Positions 36,383-45,290 of a DNA stretch of 64,000 bases are shown one piece after another (position 1 is the stretch's first letter; the number at the start of each line of letters is the position of its first letter). The position numbers and the translations under genes were made by a program. This stretch comes from Candidatus Delongbacteria bacterium (GTDB lineage Bacteria > CAIWAD01): NCBI GenBank assembly GCA_020634015.1, contig JACKCN010000001.1:928785-992784 (forward strand), read 5' to 3'. Under the pieces are notes generated by a model. The model did no database searches. It saw only the letters and a program-made list of their open reading frames with translations, and was not told the DNA's origin.

Positions 36383-36706
36383 GGGTGGCTCCGGGCCGGG
36401 CAGGATGCCTGGCTCGCTGGGTGGCTCTGGGCCGGGCAGGATGCCTGGCTCCGTGGGTGGCTCCCTGGGTGGCTCCTTGGGTGGCTCCGTGGGTAACTTC
36501 GTGGGTAGCTCCGTGGGTAGCTCCGTGGGTGGATCCGTGGGTAGCTCCGCAGGTAGCTCCGCGGGTGGCTCCGTGGGTAGCTACGCGGGTGGCTCCGGGC
36601 CGGGCAGGATGCCTGGCGCCTTGGGTGGCTCCGGGCCGGGCAGGATGCCTGGCTCCGTGGGTGGCTCCGGGCCGGGCAGGATGCCTGGCTCCGTGGGTGG
36701 GCCACT
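36383..36706. repeat. nested tandem repeat: 27 x 12-bp register, arranged 2 x 36 bp, 11 x 12 bp, 3 x 36 bp
   Basis: The 12-mer is GGGTGGCTCCGT and variants. The 36-mer is GGGTGGCTCCGGGCCGGGCAGGATGCCTGGCTCCGT. The register never slips, and two frames on each strand are open across the array. Confidence 0.9.
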
Positions 36707-36732
36707 TGGCGCTCACGCCAAGTGGCCGCGAA

Positions 36733-39492
36733 TCAATGTGCCTCGCGCCAGGAATCGCCCCAGTTGGCTTCGGCCACCAAGGGCACGTTCAGGGCAATGG
36801 CGGATTCCATTTCCTGCTTGACGATGGCGGTGTACTCCACCGCCTTTTCCCGCGGGGCCTCGAAGAGCAGTTCGTCATGCACCTGGGAAATCATCCGCAG
36901 GTCGGGCAGTTCGGTACGGATCCGCTGGTCCAGTCGGATCATGGCCAGTTTGATCAGGTCGGCGGCACTGCCCTGAATGGGTGTGTTCATCGCGATCCGC
37001 TCGGTATTCTCGCGCAGCACCCGATTGTCGGAGGTGATCTCGGGCAAGTAGCGGCGGCGGCCGAACAGGTTGCTCACGTATCCCAGTCTGCGGGTTTCCT
37101 CGAGTGTGCGATCAACCCAGGACCGGACGCCGTGGTAGAGCTCGAAGTACTGTTCGATGAAGCCCGCGGCCTCCTTCATGGGAATCTCCAGGTTGCCCGC
37201 GAGGGCGTAGGCTCCCATTCCGTAGATCACACCGAAGTTGACCACCTTCGCCATCCGGCGCTGTTCTTCATCCACCGCATCCGGTGACACCGAGAAGATC
37301 GCCGCGGCCGTGCGACAGTGAATGTCCTCGCCGTTGCGATAGGAGCGTGTCAATTCCTCGTCGCCGGAAATGTGAGCCAGCACGCGCAGTTCGATCTGAG
37401 AATAATCCGCATCGATCAGCACACGGTCGGCATGCCCCGAGACGAAGGCTCCGCGCAGGCGCTTGCCCAGCTCGGTGCGGATGGGAATGTTCTGAAGATT
37501 TGGATCCGTGCTGCTCAGTCGCCCCGTGGCCGCGATGGTCTGGTTGAAACTGGTGTGGATTCTGCCTGTCCGGCGATTGACCAACCTGGGCAGCGAGTCC
37601 ACATAGGTACTCTTGAGCTTGGCCAATTGGCGGTAGTTGAGGATTTCGCGCGGCAGCGGATCCTCCTTGGCCAGGCGCTCCAGTTCACGCACATCGGTGC
37701 TGAATCCGGATTGAGTCTTCTTGCCCGGTTTCAGTCTGAACTTCTCGAACAGAATGTGTGCCAACTGACTGGGTGAGTTCAAGTTGAAACTCTCTCCAGC
37801 CATTTCGTGTATCCGATGTTCAAGTTCCGTGATGCTCTCCGCCAGCTCGCCGGACATCACGGCCAGAGCGGAAGAATCAATGCAGACTCCCGCTTGTTCC
37901 ACACGGCAGAGCAGGTCCATGGTGGGCATGTCGATGGTGCGGAAGAGTTCCTCGAGTCCCGCCTCACGCAGTTCCTTCTCGAGCAATGCCACCAGTTGCA
38001 GCGTGGTGTCGGCATCTTCACAGGCGTACTCGCTGATCTTCTCCAGCGGGACTTCGCGCATGCTGATCTGCTTGCGGCCACTCCCGATCAGTTCGCTGGT
38101 GGGAATCTTGCGCACATTCAAGTAGTGCAGGGCCAGAGCGTCCAGATTGTGCTGGCGCCCCGAGGGCTTGAGCACGAAACTGGCCAGCATGGTGTCAAAG
38201 ACGACTCCGCGTACCACGATGCCCAGCTGCGAGAGCACATTGATGTCATACTTGCAGTTCTGCCCGCACTTGGGGCGGGCGGCATCCTCGAACCAGGGGC
38301 GCAGACGCTCGACGATCCAGTCCAGATCGGGATTCGCGTCCGGTTCGAAAAGGCCGGTCTGAATGGACTCGGCGGCGGAAAAACGCGCGGGCACATACCA
38401 GGCTTCGCCCGGTTGCCACGAAAAGGAGAAGCCGACCAGTTCGCAATCCAGCGAGTCCAGACCCGTGGTTTCGGTATCGAAGGAGCACAGCTTCTGCGCG
38501 GGACCCGGCGCCGTGGCTTCAATCAGCCGGTCCAGGAAAGCCGCGAAGGCGGCCCGATCCGGAACCAGATGATAGTCGCGAGTGGCGGCCGGTGCCGCGT
38601 CACCGTCCGGTGCCGTCGGCGCCTTCTTGAGGCGGGACAGGTCCTCCATCATGCCGCGAAAGCTGAGACGCATCAAAATGTCCGAGAGGCCGGGCGCGTC
38701 CCAGCGTGGCAGGCCAGCCGACTCGAGGGAGAAGTCCACTGGAACCCGGGCATCGATGGTGACCAGCTGGCGCGAGAGATAGGCCGCCTCGCGATTCTCT
38801 TCCAGATAACGCCGGATGGCCTTCTTGCCCAGGTCCTCCAGGTTCTCGTAGACCGCATCCAGGTTTCCATAGGTGCTGATCAGACTCGAGGCGGTCTTCT
38901 CGCCAATTCCGGGCACACCGGGCACGTTGTCCGAGGCATCTCCCATCAGCGCCAGCACATCGATCACCTGCGCGGGCTCCACCTTGAACTTCTCGCGTAC
39001 CCCTTCGGGACCCACCAGGTTCACCTCGCCCCGATTGCCCGTTCTGTACAGGTAGAGGTTCTCGCCAACCATCTGCATCAGGTCCTTGTCCGATGACACG
39101 ATGAAGACCTCCCACCCGGCATCGCGAGCCCGCAGCGCCAATGTGGCCAGCAGATCGTCGGCCTCGTAGCCCGGCAGAGCCAGCGGCTTCATGCCTGCCA
39201 GTTCAAGCATTTCGTAGAGAATGGGGATCTGGGCCGACATCGCTTCGGGCATGGGTGGCCGATGTCCCTTGTATTCAGGAAACAGCTCATGCCTGAACGT
39301 GGGTTGTGCCGTATCCGTGCAGATCACGATCGCGTCCGGCTCCTCGATCTGCTGAATGCGCAACAGAGCTCGCAGTACCCCGTGGATGCCACTGACCACC
39401 AGGCCGTCTCCTGTCGTCATCGGATTGCGGTCCAATGCCATGTGGGAACGGAAGAACTGGGACATCAGGTCAATCAGAAAAAGCCGCTTCAT
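36733..39492 (-). CDS. polA: DNA polymerase I
   Basis: 919 aa. It has a 5'-nuclease N-terminus (LIDLMSQFFRSH..., GVPGIGEKTA), a 3'-5' exonuclease block (FDTETTGLD), and polymerase motifs A/B/C (DYSQIELRVLAH, RRMAKVVNFGVIYG, QVHDELLFE). Confidence 0.97.
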   Translation of the reverse strand: MKRLFLIDLMSQFFRSHMALDRNPMTTGDGLVVSGIHGVLRALLRIQQIEEPDAIVICTDTAQPTFRHELFPEYKGHRPPMPEAMSAQIPILYEMLELAGMKPLALPGYEADDLLATLALRARDAGWEVFIVSSDKDLMQMVGENLYLYRTGNRGEVNLVGPEGVREKFKVEPAQVIDVLALMGDASDNVPGVPGIGEKTASSLISTYGNLDAVYENLEDLGKKAIRRYLEENREAAYLSRQLVTIDARVPVDFSLESAGLPRWDAPGLSDILMRLSFRGMMEDLSRLKKAPTAPDGDAAPAATRDYHLVPDRAAFAAFLDRLIEATAPGPAQKLCSFDTETTGLDSLDCELVGFSFSWQPGEAWYVPARFSAAESIQTGLFEPDANPDLDWIVERLRPWFEDAARPKCGQNCKYDINVLSQLGIVVRGVVFDTMLASFVLKPSGRQHNLDALALHYLNVRKIPTSELIGSGRKQISMREVPLEKISEYACEDADTTLQLVALLEKELREAGLEELFRTIDMPTMDLLCRVEQAGVCIDSSALAVMSGELAESITELEHRIHEMAGESFNLNSPSQLAHILFEKFRLKPGKKTQSGFSTDVRELERLAKEDPLPREILNYRQLAKLKSTYVDSLPRLVNRRTGRIHTSFNQTIAATGRLSSTDPNLQNIPIRTELGKRLRGAFVSGHADRVLIDADYSQIELRVLAHISGDEELTRSYRNGEDIHCRTAAAIFSVSPDAVDEEQRRMAKVVNFGVIYGMGAYALAGNLEIPMKEAAGFIEQYFELYHGVRSWVDRTLEETRRLGYVSNLFGRRRYLPEITSDNRVLRENTERIAMNTPIQGSAADLIKLAMIRLDQRIRTELPDLRMISQVHDELLFEAPREKAVEYTAIVKQEMESAIALNVPLVAEANWGDSWREAH

Positions 39493-39700
39493 GGATATTC
39501 CAAAGCTGGGGGTGAATCAGAACATGGTGTGGCACGGATCTCGATCGCGTGGCATGCCACGCAGGAGCGGCCGTGGATCCAGGACGGAATCGAGTAACAT
39601 GTGCTATGGACTTCGGCATTCCGGACTGGCTTGACCGCGGCTGCGGTCCACGGAAAGTGTCGAACTTGCGCCAGCTGAAAGCACCTCGAACTCTGCCAAA

Positions 39701-39730
39701 GAAAAGAGGCCCTTGTGGGGGCCCCTTTTC
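39701..39730 (-). terminator. intrinsic (near-palindromic, potentially bidirectional) terminator after the OMP gene
   Basis: GAAAAGAGGCCC-ttgtgg-GGGCCCCTTTTC, with an A-run and a T-run on either side. It lies about 65 nt after the stop at 39796. Confidence 0.65.
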
Positions 39731-39795
39731 TACACATGCAATCCCCGGGATCCACTCCGGAGATTCCAATCGCTGTCGGCGACTGCGCCGGGTGG

Positions 39796-40833
39796 TCAGA
39801 AGTTGTAACCGACACCCAGCTTGAAGAAGCCACCGGAAAAGTCGTATTCGATCGCCTTGGGAGGAGCGATCGGCTGGTTTTCCCACAGATCCGCATAGTC
39901 CGCGAAGTCCAGACTGTTCTCGAACATCAGCGGAGAAATGCGGGTCGAATTGCCCACCATGCGAATCAGGGGCAGCAAGTCGTAGCGCACATCGGAGGGC
40001 GCGCCGAGGATGGCGACCTCGCGCAGGGTTTCGTAGTTGGCACCGGTGGGATTCAGCTGCGCCATGCTGAGGGTGGTCTTCCCGTCCAACTCCTTGAAGT
40101 TCATCAGGTTGTAACCGAAGTCAGCCATCAGGGACATGGGGCCCATGCTGCGCTCGAGCCCGACGAAGAGACGACCGGAGAACGTGGTTCCGTCGTGATC
40201 GGCCTTGATTCGGTGAAACTCGATGAAATTGCCGGTGGCAAGATTGTTCTGGAAGAATCCTTCGTAGCCGTGTGAATTCAGGCTGGCCATGCCAAGCCCG
40301 ACACCCACATAACCGGACAGCGGCATGGCAAGGTCACGCAGGCTGTAGCGCAGGGTGCCCATGAAGCCGGAGAGCTCGATGCGCTCGGATGCCACGATGG
40401 AGCCACTGATGTTGCCCTGGACTTCGAAGTCGAAGTTGTTGCCGGTGTCCGCGTTGCCACTGAAGTACTCGAGCCCCGCATGCAGTTTGGTGTACTCGGT
40501 CTGGCGGACGACCTTTTCAAGGGTGAAGCCGAAGGTCGTGTCATTGCGGAAATCGTCCATCACGAACTGGGGACGCCAGCCGCCGAAGGGATCGTTGCCC
40601 ACACCATTTCCGAAGCTGCCGCCAGCGGCAACGTCGAAGGGAAAGAACCCGTTGGGGCCGTAGTAGGTGTTGAGGGATTTGATGTAGCTGTTCATCCCGT
40701 CAAACCCGGACAGGTGGTTCAGACCGGTATTGAAGCGCAGGGTGACGCCATCCATGAAACCGGCGGATTGCGCGGCACCTGCCAGACCAGCCAAGAGGAT
40801 GGCGGAAGCGCACAACGGCACGAAGCGGGCCAT
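39796..40833 (-). CDS. outer-membrane beta-barrel protein, unknown function
   Basis: Start re-set to ATG 40833 (AAGGAG SD), giving the signal peptide MARFVPLCASAILLAGLAGAAQSAG. Alternating-hydrophobic strands and an aromatic C-terminus FFKLGVGYNF. Confidence 0.7.
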   Translation of the reverse strand: MARFVPLCASAILLAGLAGAAQSAGFMDGVTLRFNTGLNHLSGFDGMNSYIKSLNTYYGPNGFFPFDVAAGGSFGNGVGNDPFGGWRPQFVMDDFRNDTTFGFTLEKVVRQTEYTKLHAGLEYFSGNADTGNNFDFEVQGNISGSIVASERIELSGFMGTLRYSLRDLAMPLSGYVGVGLGMASLNSHGYEGFFQNNLATGNFIEFHRIKADHDGTTFSGRLFVGLERSMGPMSLMADFGYNLMNFKELDGKTTLSMAQLNPTGANYETLREVAILGAPSDVRYDLLPLIRMVGNSTRISPLMFENSLDFADYADLWENQPIAPPKAIEYDFSGGFFKLGVGYNF

Positions 40834-41001
40834 CTGGTACTCCTTGATTCGGGACGAAGCGAAGGGTCTCAAAGTAGAAACACCCTGTTCAGCAATCAAG
40901 GAAAAGTCCTTGGCCGAGATTGCCGGGAAGGGTCCAAGTGGCTGCCGGGTCCGGTTGGTGCAGGATCTCCGCGAACAGGGCGCGGAACCGGGGCCCCGGC
41001 C

Positions 41002-42042
41002 TCAAAGCTGAAGGCGTGCCCGCAGCTGGCTGACGATCTGATCGAATATCTCACCATAGCCGGGTTCTTCAAGGACCACGGGCGTGCCTGCGTCGCAGCA
41101 CTGACGGATCCGTTGGTCCAGGGGGATCTCGGCCAGGAGGTCCACGCCCTGGCGTTCGGCTTCGCGCCGTCCGCCGCCATTGCCGAAGATGTACTGCTTC
41201 TGGGCACTGCCTTCAGGAATGAACCAGCTCATGTTCTCGATGATGCCCAGGATGGGCACGTTGACCTTGCCGAACATGTTGATGGCCTTGCGGGCATCGA
41301 TGAGGGCCACTTCCTGGGGCGTGGTCACGACGACCGCACCGGAGAGGGCCACGCGCTGGCTCATGGTCAGCTGAACGTCACCGGTTCCGGGCGGCATGTC
41401 CACCACCAGCACATCCAGCTCGGGCCAGGCCACATCGCTCATCAGCTGGACCAGAGCATTCATCACCATGGGACCGCGCCAGATCATCGCGTTGTCTTCG
41501 TCAACCAGAAAGCCGATCGACATCATCGAGACCCCATGGCGCACAATGGGAATGATCTTGTCATCCCGGACGACCGGCTGCTGGTGATCACCCAGGATCA
41601 ACTGGATGGAAGGACCATAGATGTCCGCGTCGAGAATGCCCGTGCGCAGCCCCTGGCGTGCGAAGGCCACGGCAAGGTTCGAGGACACGGCGGACTTGCC
41701 CACCCCGCCCTTGCCCGATGCCACGGCGATGACGTGACGAGCGTTTCCCATCAACATGGCCTGGGCCGTGCCATGCCCGCCCGCGGCTGGGCCACTGGCT
41801 GCGCGCAGCTCGACGTTCACGTCGATCCGTCCCGGGGAAAGCTGCTGAAGTCCTTCTCGGACTCCATGCTCCAGTTTTTGCCCGATGGTGGGGTCAGACG
41901 AGCTGACCACCAGCGAGACCACGATGGCCTCGGGCAGCAGCTCCACGCCCTTGACCATTCCAAAGGAGACGATGTCCCGACTCAGGCCCGGGTAGGACAC
42001 CTTGCCCAATGCCTGCATTACCTGATCTTTGCTGAGCGCCAT
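41002..42042 (-). CDS. apbC: Mrp/NBP35-family Fe-S cluster carrier ATPase
   Basis: Start ATG 42042 (MALSKDQVMQALGKVSYPGL, a DUF59-like N-domain). Deviant Walker A VASGKGGVGKS and the CxxC-region pattern. Confidence 0.85.
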   Translation of the reverse strand: MALSKDQVMQALGKVSYPGLSRDIVSFGMVKGVELLPEAIVVSLVVSSSDPTIGQKLEHGVREGLQQLSPGRIDVNVELRAASGPAAGGHGTAQAMLMGNARHVIAVASGKGGVGKSAVSSNLAVAFARQGLRTGILDADIYGPSIQLILGDHQQPVVRDDKIIPIVRHGVSMMSIGFLVDEDNAMIWRGPMVMNALVQLMSDVAWPELDVLVVDMPPGTGDVQLTMSQRVALSGAVVVTTPQEVALIDARKAINMFGKVNVPILGIIENMSWFIPEGSAQKQYIFGNGGGRREAERQGVDLLAEIPLDQRIRQCCDAGTPVVLEEPGYGEIFDQIVSQLRARLQL

Positions 42043-42199
42043 GGGATTCGTATCCTTCTGCCGTGTGACGTTTTCAATTTGCTGCCCGCCGCGGGAAACG
42101 CCCGGGGCGCTCTTCCGGAAGATGCCCGCGCACTGGCGGGCGTCGCATCTTAGCAAGCCGGTGAGACACAGACAAGCCACCCCGACTCGGCAGGAGCCC

Positions 42200-43030
42200 A
42201 TGCCCCGGACGCCTTCCCATGACTCACACCAACTCAGCCTGCTTCCGGAACTGGACTCGCTGGCCGCTTCTCCGGAAACCCGTGAGCGATTGCAGGCCTC
42301 GCTGGCGATTCGCCTGAGCGAGGAAGACCGACTCTATGCGGCAGCGGGGCGCCAGCGTCTGCCCGCTCTGCCGGTGAAACTGGTCAGCCGGGCCAACCGC
42401 AGCACCATGGGCAGTCTGCGCCATCGACAGGAGCCCGAGCCTCACTGGTCTCTCTGCCTGGCACGCAGCCTGCTGGATTCTGACCCGGATACCGCCCTGC
42501 TGCTGGGGCGAATCCTGCTGCGCCGCATCCGCAAGCTTCCGGTTTCTCTGGAAATGCGTCGACTGCTCAAGGAAGGCCAACTGCGCTGGGTGCACAACGG
42601 ACAACACCCGGGACCGCGCCCCGCGGAACCTGTCACGTCCGATCCCTGGCTGAGTCTGCGTCTGGAGGATGTGGCCGCGCGCTCGGGGCGGGGGATGCCT
42701 CACACGGGCATGCCCAGCATCATCTGGAAAACCTTCTCCACTGGACGGATACTTGGGCGCTATCAGGATACCAGCCACTGCATCCAGTTGCATCAGGCAC
42801 TCAATGATGCGCGAACGCCGGACTGGGCCCTGGACAGCCTGATCCATCACGAGTACCTGCACGCGGTTCTGGGTTCCGAACGTCAGGGCTCACGACTCGT
42901 GCATCACCACCGCCGATTTCGCGAAGCCGAAGCCGAATGGCCTGAATACGAACGTTGGTGCGCCTGGATTCGTGAGTGTTGGCCAGGACTGTACCGGCGC
43001 TGGAAGCGCGGACAACATGGAACGCGCTGA
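42200..43030 (+). CDS. SprT/YgjP(DUF45)-like zinc metallopeptidase-fold protein
   Basis: Start ATG 42200 (AGGAG SD). HExxH in LIHHEYLHAV, followed by ...HHHRRFREAEAEWPEYERWCAWIRE, resembling the WLM/DUF45 layout. Confidence 0.55.
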   Translation: MPRTPSHDSHQLSLLPELDSLAASPETRERLQASLAIRLSEEDRLYAAAGRQRLPALPVKLVSRANRSTMGSLRHRQEPEPHWSLCLARSLLDSDPDTALLLGRILLRRIRKLPVSLEMRRLLKEGQLRWVHNGQHPGPRPAEPVTSDPWLSLRLEDVAARSGRGMPHTGMPSIIWKTFSTGRILGRYQDTSHCIQLHQALNDARTPDWALDSLIHHEYLHAVLGSERQGSRLVHHHRRFREAEAEWPEYERWCAWIRECWPGLYRRWKRGQHGTR

Positions 43031-43290
43031 GAGGACGTCGGCTCCTGTACACGAGCGCCCGATGTTCAACAGCCCTGCCATCAGAAGCAGAACAGCACTC
43101 GAAACTCTCCAGAATCCAATTCATTGATTTTGTAGTACTTGAACCCATGGACACCCAATCCTGGCAAACTGGTACGCGTCTTGCCTTGGTGTGCGTCGCA
43201 GTATCAGGGGTGCCCTCTGATGCTTTCCCGAAATCTCCACAAACTGAACTCACTTACCTGCATTGCAGCGTGGGAAGAAGGGATCGTGCC

Positions 43291-43413
43291 ATGTTGAAAA
43301 TCAACTGGAAGAACTCCGGTCAGCGCAACCGTCTTCTGTCACTTCCGGCGGAAGTACTGATGTCCAGCCCGTTGTTTCTGTTGCTTCTGCTGCTTCTCAT
43401 CCGGGTCGTCTGA
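43291..43413 (+). CDS. candidate small membrane peptide A (40 aa)
   Basis: MLKINWKNSGQRNRLLSLPAEVLMSSPLFLLLLLLLIRVV. GAAGGGA SD-like sequence upstream. A 9-bp hairpin CCTGCCGGC/GCCGGCAGG follows at 43425..43447. A longer in-frame start at 43147 is possible. Confidence 0.35.
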   Translation: MLKINWKNSGQRNRLLSLPAEVLMSSPLFLLLLLLLIRVV

Positions 43414-43586
43414 TCCGGATTCGTCCTGCCGGCAGCTCGCCGGCAGGTGGTTGAAATGCCCAAACCCATCCTTCAGGCTCCATCCTGGAGCATTTGAACC
43501 ACATCCTCAGATCGCAAGTCCTTGATAATCAATTCATTTCGACTGGCATCCGTTTTGCGACACAGTTGTCAAAATCCGGAGGAGCC

Positions 43587-43706
43587 ATGTTCCGACGAAA
43601 ACGTCCTGCAGGCACCCGGCGCCGTCACTACAGGCAACACCTTGACCTGATGGTCGGATCGCCGGTCTTCATCCTGCTTCTGATCACGGTCCTGGTGATT
43701 GGTTGA
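43587..43706 (+). CDS. candidate small membrane peptide B (39 aa), paralogue of peptide A
   Basis: MFRRKRPAGTRRRHYRQHLDLMVGSPVFILLLITVLVIG. Strong GGAGGAG SD 3 nt before the ATG. It shares the LM..SP(L/V)F(L/I)LLL core with peptide A. Confidence 0.4.
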   Translation: MFRRKRPAGTRRRHYRQHLDLMVGSPVFILLLITVLVIG

Positions 43707-43737
43707 GAATCCCGGGCGTGCTGAGCCCATGTGAGAA

Positions 43738-43766
43738 AGGCGGCGCCATTCTGTCCGGCGCCGCCT
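43738..43766. terminator. bidirectional intrinsic terminator (peptide B / pta)
   Basis: AGGCGGCGCC-9 nt-GGCGCCGCCT, with GAGAAA upstream and CTTCTGAGTTTCTG downstream. It lies between two convergent gene ends. Confidence 0.65.
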
Positions 43767-43790
43767 CTTCTGAGTTTCTGCTGGGCTGGT

Positions 43791-44777
43791 TCAGTTGCCG
43801 GTCTGCCCCATCAGCAGGGCGATGCAGGCCACATTGACGATGTCCTCGGCCGTGCACCCGCGCGACAGATCCATGAAGGGCCTGGCCAGACCCTGGACCA
43901 GAGGGCCGAAGGCTTCGGCACCGCCCAGACGCTGGGTCAGCTTGTAGGCGATGTTGCCCGAATCGAGATCCGGAAAGATCAGCACGTTGGCGTTTCCCGC
44001 CAGGGGACTGCCGGGTGCCTTGCGATTGGCCACGGCGGGCACGATGGCGGCATCCACCTGCAACTCACCATCAATGCACAGGTCAGGCGCCGCCTTGCGC
44101 GCCAGCGCCAGCGCCTCGCGCACCTTGTCCACCCGGGGATGGGCGGCGCTGCCGTGTGTCGAGAAGCTGAGCATGGCCACCCGGGGCTGTGCGCCGGTGA
44201 GGGCTTCGTGGGTGGCCGCCGAACTGATCGCGATGGATGCCAGCTGGCGGGCGTCCGGATCGGGCACGATGCCACAGTCGGCATAGGTGAAGACCCTGCC
44301 ATCGGGCAGCACCATCAGAAAGGTGGACGAGACCACCGAAGTCCCCGGCGCCATTCCCAGGACCTGGATGCCCGCACGGATCACATCCCCGGTGGTGTTC
44401 ACCGCACCGCCCACACTGGCATCGCAGCGCCCTTCCTTGAGCATGAATGCGGCGAAGTACAGTTCCTGGCGAACCTGAATGGCTGCCTGGGCCAGGCTCA
44501 GTCCCTTGGCCTTGCGCAACTGGAACAGTTCGTGGGCATAGCGATCGCTCCACTCCGACTCCGCCGGGTCCAGCAGATCACGGGACTGAAGCGCCAATCC
44601 CGCCTCGCGGGCCAGAGCCTCCACACGTGGCCGTGAGCCAATCAGGCTGACCCGGCAGATCCCCTTTTCCTTGAGCAGGCGTGCGGCTTCGACCGTACGC
44701 GGGTCTTCGCCCTCCGGCAGCACCACGTGTCCCTTGAGCAGTGCGGCGCGCTCCTGCAAGCTTCGCACGATGTTCAT
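43791..44777 (-). CDS. pta: phosphate acetyltransferase (short form)
   Basis: 328 aa. [15 protein letters not shown]..., ...ADCGIVPDP..., SFSTHGSA..., [12 protein letters not shown] motifs. Confidence 0.9.
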   Translation of the reverse strand: MNIVRSLQERAALLKGHVVLPEGEDPRTVEAARLLKEKGICRVSLIGSRPRVEALAREAGLALQSRDLLDPAESEWSDRYAHELFQLRKAKGLSLAQAAIQVRQELYFAAFMLKEGRCDASVGGAVNTTGDVIRAGIQVLGMAPGTSVVSSTFLMVLPDGRVFTYADCGIVPDPDARQLASIAISSAATHEALTGAQPRVAMLSFSTHGSAAHPRVDKVREALALARKAAPDLCIDGELQVDAAIVPAVANRKAPGSPLAGNANVLIFPDLDSGNIAYKLTQRLGGAEAFGPLVQGLARPFMDLSRGCTAEDIVNVACIALLMGQTGN

Positions 44778-45268
44778 TTCCGCTTCTCCCCCAGCTCGCG
44801 ACGGGCTTCCAGGACCTGGATCACAGGCCTGGGCACGAAGCGCTGGTATTCGGTTCCGTAGAGATAGAGTTCCCGCACGATGGATGAGTTCACGAAGACA
44901 TGCTGTTCGCTGGCCAGCAGGAACACCGTGTCGATTTCCGGCGCCATGCGGCGGTTCAGCAGCGCCAGCTGGGCTTCGTAATCATAGTCACTCACCGCAC
45001 GCAGGCCACGGATCATGACACTGGCGCCGTGCGCCTGGGCGTAGTCCACCAGCAGACCCTCGAAACGGTCCACGACCACTTCGGGCAGATGACTCACGCA
45101 TTCCCGGATCACGTTCTCGCGTTCCTCCAGCGAGAGCAGCGGAGTCTTGCGCGAATTCACGGCCAGCAGGATGGTGACCCGGTCGAAGAGGCGGCAGCTG
45201 CGCTGGATGATGTCCAGGTGCCCCAGAGTGATTGGGTCGAAGGTGCCCGGGTAGATGGCATGACGCAT
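44774..45268 (-). CDS. coaD: pantetheine-phosphate adenylyltransferase
   Basis: Start ATG 45268. [21 protein letters not shown] carries the nucleotidyltransferase T/HxGH motif. ATGA overlap with pta. Confidence 0.92.
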   Translation of the reverse strand: MRHAIYPGTFDPITLGHLDIIQRSCRLFDRVTILLAVNSRKTPLLSLEERENVIRECVSHLPEVVVDRFEGLLVDYAQAHGASVMIRGLRAVSDYDYEAQLALLNRRMAPEIDTVFLLASEQHVFVNSSIVRELYLYGTEYQRFVPRPVIQVLEARRELGEKRK

Positions 45269-45290
45269 GAGCTTGCTCCCGTCTGCGATG

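Noticed and set aside
36383-36706. Possible CRISPR array
   Set aside because: The period is 12/36 bp with no unique spacers between repeats, there is no palindromic repeat core, and no cas genes are present. It is a tandem minisatellite.
36340-36821. Four ORFs (two per strand) reading through the minisatellite as candidate repeat proteins
   Set aside because: They are not annotated as CDS. All use GTG or weak starts without an SD, and all four frames are open simply because the 12-bp unit lacks stop codons. The plus-strand ORFs run antisense into polA. The question is left open in the findings.
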